From Isurus oxyrinchus (taxonomy: Eukaryota): a stretch of 64,000 nucleotides of DNA. The stretch lies in NCBI GenBank assembly GCA_026770705.1, contig JANJGN010000052.1:1550001-1614000 (forward strand), written 5' to 3'. The notes beneath the pieces were generated by a model. It saw nothing but the letters and a program-made list of their open reading frames with translations, did no database searches and was not told the DNA's origin. A program made the translations under genes and the position numbers. Positions 37,901 through 49,739 of this stretch are shown here, one piece after another (the first letter of the stretch is position 1; each line of letters starts with the position of its first letter).

Positions 37901-38913
37901 GAATTATGAAAATGTTACCAGAAACCTCTTGTTCCCTGTCCTTGTCAAAGATCCATCCCTGCAGCGGGAGGCTGAAGAGTTATTGATGTGGGGCTTAATT
38001 TGTCAGATTGTAGAATGATCTGGAACAGAAGGAAGCCATTTGGTCCATCGAGCCTGCGCTGGGCCTTTGAAAGATCTGTCCAATTAGTCCCACTCTCACC
38101 TCTGCTCTCTCCTCCACAGCCCTGCAAAATGTCCCCTTCAAGTATTTATCCAGTTCCCCTTCTGAAAGTTCCTGTTGAATCTGCTTCCACCGCCCTTTCA
38201 GGCAGTGAGTCAATGGTCTCTCTCTGAGCTGCAAAGTGCCCAGATTCTGTGAAATTTAAACTCTGCAGCAGGTCAGAGACAATCATGATAACTCAGAATA
38301 TTTGACAGTTTTACACACAGACAGCTTTACCTTCCTTCTCTCTTTCAGTTATCTTGCTCCCTTATTGAAGTATCTAGCATGGTGAGAATGGACAGGAAGT
38401 GTGACACTGAACAGCCTGTCTATTCTAGGAGCTGATGTGTTGTCTTCATGGGAAGTCCTGACTTAGATCAGCAAAAGACACAAAATTTCAGGGCATTGTT
38501 ATCCGTGTCCTAGCATCGGGATAGACCTCAACCCCCAGTTTTTATCCCTGATTCTCTATTCAGCCGATCGCTCCCCTGTCACTCACTGACCTACACTGAC
38601 TCCCAGTACAGCAATGACTCAAATTTCAAATTCTCATCATCGATTTCTTACCACACCATCCCCCCTCTACACTCTCTATCTGTGTAACCTCCTCCAACCC
38701 TAAAACCCTCTAAGACCTCTGCTCTCCTCCAATTCTGCTGTCAGACAGGGAGTCAGTGTATATCAGTGAGCTTAGGGGTGATGGGTGAATGGGACTTGCT
38801 GTGTGTTTGTACACTGGCCCACTGCTGAATCGTTTCCCAATCACAGCTCAATAAGAATGATCTTTTACAAAGACTATTAACCATAAATCTGTCCAAGCTG
38901 ACGATGATATTAC

Positions 38914-38953
38914 CTTGGAGAAGTGACAGGAGGAAGTAAGATTTCCCGATCAT
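38914..38953 (-). CDS. Siglec-like gene A, leader exon (MIGKSYFLLSLLQG, phase 1)
   Basis: ATG at 38953, CAAG|gtaata donor; L+V1+C2+TM = 852 nt, 283 aa, no internal stop. Confidence 0.85.
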
Positions 38954-39403
38954 TGTCCACTCCCAGATACTTCATAAGCTTCTGACTCTCAAACTCTGAA
39001 AGAGAAAGGAGTTAATGAGACCTCACCTCTTGTCCGACAGCTCTCAAGAGATCAGAACTGCTTTTGGACAATGTCTTTACAGACTAATTTGATTCTCTGT
39101 GGGATGATAGGTGCTCTGCAGAGAGTTACAAAGCTTTAAGAAAGAAAAACATTGAAGGATTTGCATTTCTATTGCACCTTTCACCACCTCAAGACGTCCC
39201 AAAGCTCATGTCTCTGCACTTCCCTCATCCCTTGAGCTAGAAAGATGTTCTGTACAACAGACTTGAGCCTCACACCCTGATCTCAATAATCAGTAGAAAT
39301 CTTTCAAAGGTATCAATCATTGGAATCTGTCTTTATAAAGTCACAACATAAACAAAGGACAGTGTTGGTCATGGAAGTGAATTCCAATCGTTCCGTTACT
39401 TAC

Positions 39404-39545
39404 CCAGGACCCGTCCGACTGCTCGTCTGGAGAGGAACAGCCCACACGCTCTGCTTGAGCTGAATGACCTCTTCCTGTGCTGCTCCCTCTGTATGTTTAA
39501 TTAGAAAGGGTGGATGTGTCACTGTGAGACAAAATGAGGAAGTGG
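39404..39545 (-). promoter_or_regulatory. Putative first-exon/promoter module of gene A with PU.1/ETS box
   Basis: GG|gtaagt donor at 39403; AAAATGAGGAAGTG at 39531-39544; module repeated at 56988-57128, 59117-59258 and 63118-63260. Confidence 0.55.
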
Positions 39546-39769
39546 GTAATCAGTGAGAAGATCGAGGATGTTTTGTGCTCTCAGCAAAACGTTTACCATC
39601 TGATGATCTGTCAGCTCATATATGGGCATCTATAGTCATGAAGCTTCTCCATTGGCTCCGTGGGATTAGACTCCTCCCCCTCACCTCGGAGGCTGAAACT
39701 CAGGCGATAAGAGTTCCCAATACAGCTCTCTGGCCTTATGATTCATTTCAACGATCCCTGTTATCATTA

Positions 39770-40822
39770 CGGAGGGAGTGCTGCACTGTCAGTGGGACAG
39801 TACTGTGGGAGTGCTGCACTGTGGGAGGGTCAGTACTGAGGGAGTGCTGCACTAGCAGAGGGTCAGTAATGTGGGGGTGCTGCAATATCAGAGGGTGAAC
39901 AATGTGGGAGTGCTGCATTGTCAGAGGTTCAGTAATGAGGGAGTGCTGCAATGTAGGAGGGACAGTAGTGAGGGAGTGCTGCACTGTCAGAGGGTCAGTA
40001 ATGTGGGAGTGCTGCACTGTCAGAGGGTCAGTAATGAGGGAGTGCTGCACTATCAGATGGTCAGTAATGTGGGAGTGCTGAACAGTCAGCGTGTCTGTAC
40101 TGAGTGAGTTCCACACAGTCGGAGGCTCAGTATTGAGGGGGTGCCGGACTGTGGGATGGTTAATACTGAGGTAGAGCGGAGTAAGAGCAGATATCCTTTC
40201 ATGGCAAAGTTTAACTGGAATTTATTTAAACAGAGATTCTTGTACTGTGTGTTATTGCAAAAGAAAGGATTTGAGGAACTAAGTCTTGTTCCCGTAAGCC
40301 TAAAAATAATTTTCACTGATTTCAATGATGTAGCAATGAAACCTCCCTCTTTGGGCACCAGTCTTGATTGAAACAACTTGCGCAGCACAGTGGGAGGGTG
40401 AGTACTGATAGAGTGCTGCACTGTGGGAGGTTGAGTACTGAGGGAGTGCTGCACTGTGGGAGGTTGAGTACTGAGGGAGTGCTGCACTGTGGGAGGGTGA
40501 GTACTGAGGGAGTGCTGCACTGTCAGAGAGTCTGTACCGCGGGAGTGCTGAACTGTCGGAAGGTCAGTAGTGAGGGAGGGATACAGTGTCAGAGAATCAG
40601 TACTAAGGGAGTGCTGTACTGTGGGTGGGTGAGTACTGAGGGAGTGCTGCACTGTCAGATTGTCAGCCATGAGGGAATGCTGCACTGTCAGAAGGTTAGT
40701 GCTGACGGGGTGCTGCACTTGAAAAGGGTCAATAATGAGGTTGTGCAGCACTGTCAGAGGGACAGTAATGAGGGAGCGCTGCACTGACGGAGGGTCAGCA
40801 CTGAGGAAACGCTGCACTGTCA
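39770..40822. repeat. Two 33-bp SINE-derived minisatellite blocks between units A and B
   Basis: Tandem gagggagtgctgcactgtcagagggtcagta copies at 39770-40170 and 40380-40822. Confidence 0.9.
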
Positions 40823-41529
40823 GTTCTGAGTGTGGTCCGCAATGTCCTAAGTGCATTCTAGGCACTGCCCAAGATTACGCCTGATGTCTGTGTAACAACA
40901 ACATCATGTACACGTCGAGAATAATTCTCACTGTGTCTGTGCAGCAAGACAGCTTTGGAATGGCACCACCACTGGCAGGAGTGTGCAACTACAATGTGAC
41001 ATGTTTACATTGGAAATTTCTATTATAAAGATGGGCAATGGAATTCATATGATGGAGAAAATGTGACAACATGAAGTAATGTCTTTGAGCCAAGAATTTG
41101 GCTGCAAAATAAGAATTTTAATCTATAAATATCTACAGAACAGGCTGAGCATTTTAATCACTTGAGTTAATCAATGTAATTTTATTCATAACCCAAATGC
41201 CTCCTACAATCTATCGCAGCACGAAAAAGGTGCAGTATTCAGAAAGCACATTCCAATCAGAGAACAGAGTTTAGCAACGTCACAGTTCTGTTCATTCCTA
41301 TTCGACCATGTTGGCTGCACACAGCCAGACAATGCCGTGGTTATGATGTGTCCACACAGCAGGACTGGGGAGCACCAGGTATAAGGAAAAGTTTCAGCTT
41401 GCTGAGGAGAAGAAGGAGAATCTCTCGTTCCAGGTTTCTCTCCGTACATTAAGAAGCAGGCATGCTGATGTTTCATTGCACTCTGTCTGCTGATGGGAGT
41501 CCGCTTGGAAATTGCTGTTTGTGCTGATG

Positions 41530-42145
41530 GAAAGAATAAGCTTTTCATAAATGGAGGGATTGAGAACAAACACAGGGAGGTTATGCTGAACATTTATAAA
41601 GCTCTGGTTAGGTCACAACTAGAGTATTGTGTCCAGTTCTGGTCTCCTCACTTTGGGAAGGAAGTGAGGGTCCTTGAGAGGGTGGGGAGGAGATTGAGCA
41701 GAATGGGTCCAGGGATGAGGGATTTTAGCTACAAGGTTGGGTTGGAGAAGCTGGGGTTGTTCTCCTTGGAGTAAAGGAGATTGAGGGGGGATCTGATCGA
41801 GGTGTACAAGATGATGATGGGTTTAGATAACGGTAGACAAAGAGAAGCTGTTGCCATTAGCTGATGGTACAAGGACTGGGGGACACAGATTGAAGGTTTT
41901 GGGCAGAGGGGGGATGTGAGGAGGAACCTTTTAACACAGCGAGTGGTAATGAGCTGGAACTCGCTGCCTACGAGGATGGTGGAAGCGGAGACGATGAATG
42001 ATTTCAAAAGGAAATTGGATGGACACTTGAGGGGAAATAAACTTGAAGAGATACAGGGATAGAGTGGGGGAATGGAACTGACTGGATTGCTCTACAGAGA
42101 GACAGCATGGTGTCGATGGGCCAAATGCCGTTCTTCTGTTCCATG
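41530..42145 (+). mobile_element. CR1/HER1-like LINE fragment in the 3' region of gene B
   Basis: YKALVRSQLEYCVQFWSPHFGK; only the 3' end is retained in unit A (~25670-25815). Confidence 0.85.
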
Positions 42146-42169
42146 ATGAGATTGTTGCTGTACAATGCT

Positions 42170-42309
42170 TCAAACAGTCTGTCGACTTCCTTTCACTGTT
42201 TGTTCCTCCCAGACACAGACTCCAGCGATAGTGATAACCACAGCCACAAGGAATATCACAGCTCGTATTCCCAGGATCAGGATCACGTGCAGAATCTCTC
42301 CTCCACTGT
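42170..42309 (-). pseudogene. Siglec-like gene B, TM/tail exon (DSGGEILHVILILGIRAVIFLVAVVITIAGVCVWEEQTVKGSRQTV*)
   Basis: Near-identical to 25935-26074; open, but downstream of the frameshifted C2 exon. Confidence 0.8.
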
Positions 42310-44468
42310 CTAGAGAACACACAGAAAGAAATCATCACTGACTCTCCGCTTTCAATCTCTCACTCTGGCTGAACAATCAAGCTTCATATCACTGCAACAT
42401 TTGCTGTAATATTGACCCATCCACTGGGATTCAATGTGGAATGAATGTTTTCATTGTAAACACTCTAAGAGTGGACAATCGGAACTTTCCCCTTAGCGTG
42501 GAACATTGGTGAGAATGGATCATTGTGCTGTTGGACTCCCTGTCCAATGTTTCTCTCCATCGCTGTGTACAGGATTGTGCTGTAGAAAATTCTGGAAACG
42601 TTTTGTGAAGGATGGAAATCCATCTCGGACGCGTGTGCGAATCGGGCAGGATCGAGATGGACTCCCCCACGGACTTACACCCCCCGCTTAATAAACAGTT
42701 CCAATCTTTACCCAGAGAGAGGGGAGAATGTGGAACTCGCTCCCTCTGGGAGTGGTTGAGGTGAACAGTATCGATGTATTTACGGGGCAGGAGGGTCAGT
42801 AACCAGAGGGACACAGATTGACGAACTGGAGGGGGAGATGAGGAGAATTTGTTTTGACAGAGCGAGTTGTTGTGATCTGGAAGGTTCTGCCTGAAAGGGC
42901 GGTGGAAGCAGATTCAATAGGAACTTTCGAAAGGGAAATTGGATAAACACTTGAAGGAGGAAGATGGGGGCAAAGTGGAGTGGTGGTTAGTGGATCTGAT
43001 TGGATAGAACATTGAAAGACCTGGCACAGGCACAATGGGCTGAATGGCCTCCTCCTGTGCTGTATCATTCTCCGCTTCCATGATCTCTCCCCCAGTCAGT
43101 AACCACTCCAGATCCCTCTTGAAGGCAACAGAGAGACAGCAACCACCACACCCACTGACAGCACATTCCCGAGGATCACTACTCTCTGGGAAAAGATGAA
43201 CTCCCCAACATCCAGCCTATTCCTGCTTCCCAGAGAGTGTAAACCCTTCAGGGAGGCACTGAGGAAGTTTTCAATAAAATGACATCAAATCTACCGTTTG
43301 AGAAATAATTTAATTCCGATGAACTCACAGCTTGTGAGGCAAACTGGGAAGTGGATTTGCTTGAAAAGCTGAGAGATGCAAGGGTTAAGTTCTACTGTGC
43401 ACCACTGGTGGTACAGTGTAACTACAGCGTGACGTTTACATAGGCAATCCCTATTATAAACAAGGACATTGGACATCAGGTGAAATACGGGCAGTGGAAA
43501 AGTGAGAATATGATGTAAGCTTTTCACCAACAGGAATTCCCTTCCTAAACCTCTCCACCTCTCTCTTACTCTCAGATACTCAAACAAAATTTCACACAGA
43601 TTCACGTAAGGAGGAGTTGGGACAATTGACTGGTCAAAGGGTTAGGTTTCAGGAAGCTTCTTAAAGGAGGATAGAGAGTTGGAGAGACAGAGAGTATCTG
43701 TGAGTGTCTCTATGCATCTGAGTGTCTGTAATAGACTTTGCAATTTCCATATTCTTCCATAAACATGAAAGGGAACAGAAATCTCAGAATCCAGGTCAAC
43801 TCTCCGGTGCAGCACTGAGGGAGGTCAGGTAACCCACTGGGGAGTATTGTGCTAGTGTGTTTGTTTGTGTCTTTGTGTGTGCTCATATACGAGGGATTGT
43901 GTATCTGCAGGTGTCTATTTAGGTCTGTATATTTGTGTGTGTTTGTGTCATGTTTCAATCTGAGACAGATGATGAAATCTGTGTACACTCACATTCCACA
44001 GTGATGGTTATGAACCCCTCCACTGCTCCATGTTCATTCTCTGCCACACACTGATAGTCTCCAGTGTCCCTGGATTTAACGTGAGGAATCACCAACCACA
44101 GCTCATTGTTGGAACTTGTTCTGTTCATTGTGATATTCAGATGTCAGGGCAGGACTCAGCAAGACAGATCGCATGTTTACCAACAGAAAGTGAACAACAA
44201 TTTATATTTAAAGGGAAGAGAGTGCTGATTGGTTGGCAAGTGGTCTCTGATAGGTGGAGGTGTTGCCATGGAAAATAATGTGTGTGAGATTTAAAGTTTA
44301 AACAGCTTGTCTCTTCATTCAGGAACAATCAAATAAAGATCAATTAACTTCTATCGACTGTGAAGCTAATTGAGAGGCATGAGAATGTGGATACTGAGAA
44401 CGGGCTGCACTGTCAGAGGGTCAGCGCTGAGGGAGTGCTGATGTAGAATGAAGGATATCTCAACTTAC

Positions 44469-44764
44469 CTTGCACAGTTAGTACGAGGGTCTGCTCCGAT
44501 GAAACAGATGGATATCTCACTCGGCAGCTGAGAGTGTGTCCGTGGTGTTTGAGTGATGAGATCAGGGTCAGAACAGAAGTATAGGTCAGAGTGACACCAT
44601 GCTGAGTTACAGTGTTTGAGACTGATCCAGGTACGTCAGTGGGAGTGTCCCAGGTTAAGACAGGTGCTGCTGTTCCATTGCACGTTGTGTTGAAGGTGCA
44701 GCTTACATCCACACGCTTTCCTGCAATAATTTCACAGGGAATATCGTGGGTTTATCTGTGAATT
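44469..44764 (-). pseudogene. Siglec-like gene B, C2-set exon with a 1-nt deletion
   Basis: 296 nt versus 297 in A (ttca-cagg versus ttcagcagg, ~44734); spliced frame reads EFTDKPTIFPVKLLQESVWM*. Confidence 0.85.
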
Positions 44765-45491
44765 CTAACAGACAGAGAATGGATCCTTTTAGAGAAATAT
44801 AACGTGAAGCATTAGTTCAAAGAGAAATCACAGTCCCACAAGAGAAAGCACTTTTACAAGGATGATATCAGAACTGAGAGGTGACAACGATCAGGAGAGA
44901 ATTTCCTGCTTTAAGACTTTGGTGTTTCTGTCTCTCAGCTTAATACACGTTCACTCCGAGACACTTGAACTGATAATAGTGGGTGAGGGTGGAGGAGCAG
45001 ACCAGAGTTTGGAGTGCACTACCCCATCAGTCCCTCAGCGATCTGGGCCATTTATTACTTTGCAATTTGTGGGAGATTGCTGTGCGCAAATTGGCTGCTG
45101 TGTTTCTCACATTACAACAGTAACTACAATTCAGGAATCAGCTCATTGGCTGTGAAGTGACTTGGTACATATTGAGGTGGTGAAAGGCTCCATAGAAATG
45201 TGAATCTTTCTTTTGTCGATATGTCAGACTTTGAGACAGGATTAGAGAGATCGAGGCGAGTGGATAACCTGATAACATTGATGGACACAGTCAATACATT
45301 TAATCATTGATATTAAACAAGTATTAGAGGTTGCTTTAGGACTGAACTGGAAGCTATCACCAGGTTATTGAGAATCAGACAGTGTGTTATAATAAGCTGT
45401 GTTTTGTGTTAATATGTAAACGTCACAGTTTGCGTTATTTCCTCTTGAGTGTTGAATGTGAATTGTTGAGTAATTATAACACAGCACTTAC

Positions 45492-45857
45492 CAGAAATGT
45501 GAAGCTGGGTTGCAGGATAGTAGCTGTAACTATTACTGTTGTCAAATTCTATTCTGAAAAAATAAGGTCCTGCATCTTCCCGTCAGATGTTGTTTATAAT
45601 CAGGGAACAGTCACCATCTTTCAGGTCTCCAGACAGCCGGGTCCAATGGTGGAACCGTGGTAACTCGTGACTGTGATCCTTGGAGTGAAAGGCTATAGAC
45701 AATGTTCTCCGTTCCTCATTATTAAACCAGACTCCACCTCGTGGTTGGTTTTCCAGACACGATGGATAACTGTAATGACATGGAATCTGTACACACGAAC
45801 CTTCCTGCGCTGTCACCTCTCGTGGAGTGTCACCTTTCCACTCTTGTGAGGGTTCAG
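45492..45857 (-). pseudogene. Siglec V-set pseudo-exon V2B (in-frame TGA at 45583-45585)
   Basis: ...DCSLIINNI*REDAGPYFFRIEFDNSNSYSYYPATQLHIS; AGA in the other three V exons. Confidence 0.88.
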
Positions 45858-48800
45858 CTGGGGAGAGAAATATCAATATTTAACTCTGGATGTTTTATGG
45901 ATCCACTGAACCCGATATTTACTGATGAGGCTGAATTGGGGGGATGGTCAATACTGAGGAGAATGGCAACAAATTATTTTGGCAGGAAGAATAGATAAGC
46001 AGAATATTATTTAAATGGAGACAGGCTGCAGAATGCAGTAAAGAGGGATCTGGGTGTCCTTGTACATGAATCACAGAAAGTCAGCATTCAGGAACACCAC
46101 GGAATGAGGAAGGCAAGTGGAATGTTGGCCTTTATTGCAAACGGATGGAGTATAAAAGGAGGGAAGTCTTGCAACAGCTGCACAGGGCGTTAGTGAGATT
46201 GTAACACGAACATTGTGTACAGGCAGTTCAGAGAAGCTTCACTGGGCTGATTCCTGGGATTAAAGGGTTTGTCCTGTGAGGAAATGTTGAGCAGGTTGGG
46301 CCTGTATCCATTGGAATTTAGAAGAATGAGGGGTGACCTTATTGAAACATATCCGATTCCGAGGGGGCTTGACAGGGTGGATGCTGGGAGGATGTTTCCC
46401 CCTCGTGGGGGAATCTAGAACCAGGGAGCACAGTTTCGGAATGAGGGCTCTCCCATTTAAGACTGAGATGAGGAGGAATTTCCTCTCTCAGAGGGGCGCT
46501 AGCCTGTGGAATTCTCTTCCCCAGAGAGCAGTGGAGGCTGGGCCATTGAATAGACTCAAGGCTGAGTGAGGCAGGTTTTTGATCAACAAGGGAGTCAAGG
46601 GTTTGGGGGACAGGCAGGAAAATGGAGTTAAGGCCACAACCAGATCAGTGAGAGCAGGCTCGAGGGGCCGAATGGCCTGCTCCTGTCCCTATTTCTTATG
46701 TTCCTACATTCTTACCTTCTTAAAATATTAAAGCTGCAGAATAAACATGCAAGTGACTGACCCGCTCGACCCACCTTCCATCTGGGGGTCCCATGGGGAG
46801 GACTCTTCCTGAGCCAGGTCCACCAGCCAACATGGTCTGGATCCGAGCACAGGAGACACGGGGGGGAGTGACTAACAGGCTCCTTGTGACAGGCCCCGTC
46901 TGTCCAATGGCTGGCTTTCAGCTGCCAAGGCCAGAGTGGTCCTTGCTAAAACCGGCTCAGGACAGGCCAGGACCCCTGTGCAGACCCCCTCCAGCGCTGC
47001 AGCCTCTGTACAAACCCCTCATGCGCTTGTGGAGAGACACAAACAAGGCTGCACATTACCGAGGAGAATCCCCTCTACGGACTAAGGGGCTGACTCATCA
47101 CCTTAAACTCAGCAAATGAGGAGGCTCTCGCTCGGTATTGGGGCTTGGCATTCGCTCAATAAAAATAATCAAATGACATTTTGGTCAGAAATCTAAGGAG
47201 GTTGTACATTCCCTCTAAAATAAGACTCGAGCTGGGGTTGAGGGTCAAAGGGCAACAAGTTATATTTACACAACAAATTTAACAGGACAAATCACCCCAA
47301 GGTGCTACACAGGAGCGTCATAAAACAAAGTATGTCACCCAGACACATGTGGAGATATTAGCGACAGCTGGCCAGAAGAGGCCGGTGTTATGGAGAATCT
47401 TCAAAGAGGGATGAAATGGATAGTGAGAGAGAGAGAGATAGAGATATAGAGAGAGAGAGACAGAGAGAGTGAGAGAGAGGGACGGAGAGGGGTTGAGGGA
47501 GGGTATTACAGAGCTCGGGCCCCAGGCAGCTGAAGGCACGGCCGCCGATGTTGTAGTGATGGGATCGGGGGATGGTCAAGAGGCTGGAATTGGATGAGCA
47601 CAGAGACCTCAGAGGGTTGGAGGGGCTGGAGGAGGTTACAGAGAGAAGGAAGGTTGTAGTGACTGGGGCAGGTTACAGAGGTAGGGAACGTCGTCGGGAC
47701 TGGAGCAGGCTACAGTGATAGGGAAGCTTTTAGGGGCAGGAGGAAGTTACAGAAATAGGGAGATTTGTTGTGGCTGGAGGAGGTTGCAGAGATTGGTAGG
47801 TTTGTTGGGCAGGATCAATTTGCAGATATAGGGAAGCGGTACATACTTCAAGAGGTTACAGAGAATGGGATGGTTGCAGGTACTGGAGGAGGACGAGGAG
47901 ATTACAGGGATAGTGAGGAAACAAATATGTAAATTTGGACATTGAGACTTTGCTTGACCAGGAGCCAGTCTCGGTCATCGAGCAGCGAGGGTGATAAGGG
48001 AACGGTACCTGGTGTGAGTAAGGACGTGGTCAGCAGTTTTGAATGGCCTCAAGTTTATGGAGTGTAGAGCGTGTGTTGGAACAGTCGAGTCTGGAGGTAA
48101 TGAAGGCGTGGATGAGGGTTTCAGCAGCAGATGAGCTGAGACAGGGTGAAGTCGTACGATGTTACGGAGGTGGAAATAGACGGTGTTAGTGAGGGCGCAG
48201 ATATGAGGCCGGAAGCTCATCTCAGGATCAAATGGGACAACAAAGCTGTGAACAGATTGGCTTCAATCTCAGAGAGCTGCCAGGGAGAGGAATGGAGTTG
48301 GTAGCGAGGGAACAGAGTTTGGAGCGGGGAATGAAGACAATGGCTTCAGTCTTTCCAATATTTAATTGGAGGGAATTTCTGCCCATCCAGTATTGGATGT
48401 CGGATAAGCAGCCTGATAATTTAGCAGCAGTGGAGGAGTCGAGAGAGGTGGTGGTGAGGTAGAGCTGGGGATCCTCAGTGGACAGGTGAAAACTAACACT
48501 GTTCAGATGATGCTGCAAAGCCATTGCAAGTGATTCTCTGGCTACGATGAGATGGATAAGAATGGAGCCAGGGGAGAGCAGTCCCACCCAGCTGGACGAC
48601 AGTGGAGAGGTGTTGGAGGAGGATGGTGTGGTCGAGCGTGTCAAAGGCTGCAGACAGATCGAGAAGGACGAGGAGGGAAAGTTGACCTTTGTCACAGTCA
48701 CACAGGATGCCATTTGTGACCTTGATAAGAGCTGTTTCAGCACAGTGGCTGGGGTGGGAACCTGATTGGAGGGATTCAAACATGGAGTTCCGGGAAAGAT

Positions 48801-49147
48801 GGGGACGGATTCGGGAGATGGAAACACGTTCAAGGACTTTGGAGGGGAAAGAGAGGCTGGAGATGGGACGGGGGTTTACACGGACAGTGTGAGGGGTGGA
48901 AGGTGTAGTGGGGAGGAGACACTTCACTCAGGGGGGATGTGTCATCACCCCTCAGCTCGGTTTATGTTACAGCTATGATGTGGATTCAATCACACACAAT
49001 AAGCTCATGGATCTGGGAGCAGAAATAGACAAATCATTAAAAATAGTGACGCTGGTTAACACGGCCAAAAAACAAGCAAATCAAACACTATTATTTCCCA
49101 TTGAGTGTTGGATGTGAATTGTTGAGTAATTTTCACACAGCACTTAC

Positions 49148-49525
49148 CAGAAACCTGAAGCTGGGTTTCAGGGTAATAGTTATGGCTCGGACCATTGTCA
49201 AATTCTATTCTGAAAAAATAAGGTCCTTCATCTTCCCGTCTGATGTTGTTTATAATCAGGGAACAGTCGCCATCTTTCAGGTCTCCAGACAGCCGTGTCC
49301 GATGGTGGAACCGTGGTAACTCGTGACTGTGATCCTTGGAGTGAAAGGCTATAGACCATTTAGACCATTTGTTCTGTATGTACCTCCTCATATACCAGAT
49401 TCCGACATGTGTTTTCTTTACCAAATGTGATGAGTAACTGTAATGACATGGAATCTGTACACATGAACCTTCCTGCGCTGTCACCTCTCGGGGACTGTCA
49501 CCTTTCCACTCTTGTGACAGTCCAA
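49148..49525 (-). CDS. Siglec-like gene B, V-set exon V1B (open; retains YFFR Arg)
   Basis: 378 nt, phase 1-1, canonical splice sites. Confidence 0.88.
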
Positions 49526-49739
49526 CTGGGGAGAGAAATATCAATATTAAACTCTGGATGGTTTGTAGATCCACTAGACTCGATATCCACCCCCTCCATC
49601 ACTGGGGCACAGTGGCTGCAGTTTGGACCATCTACAGGACACACAAGGAACTCCACAAGGTATCACAATGGATGGAAGAGAATCCTGGACACAGGAGTGG
49701 ACAAGGTCATTCTACATTGGCTGATGGTCCTCAGGACCC

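Larger units (their letters stand above)
25215..39545. repeat. Segmental duplication unit A (paralogous to ~40880-57130)
   Basis: Collinear high-identity exons, introns and shared TE insertions, offset ~16-17.6 kb. Confidence 0.9.

Noticed and set aside
38328-38460. Conserved exon-like block in the leader introns (also ~55920 and ~58060)
   Set aside because: The unit A copy has stops in all three frames, and the leader-compatible frame is also stopped in the other two copies; may be regulatory (ACAGGAAGTG) but unsupported.
39027-39115. Apparent separate 5' UTR exon with AG/GT ends
   Set aside because: Only 31 nt separate it from the leader acceptor at 38995, too short for an intron; more likely alternative acceptors.
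28695-49525. V exons as rearranging Ig/TCR segments
   Set aside because: They end in GT splice donors, I saw no RSS heptamer/nonamer pair, and the Cys pattern is Siglec-type without the canonical YxC.
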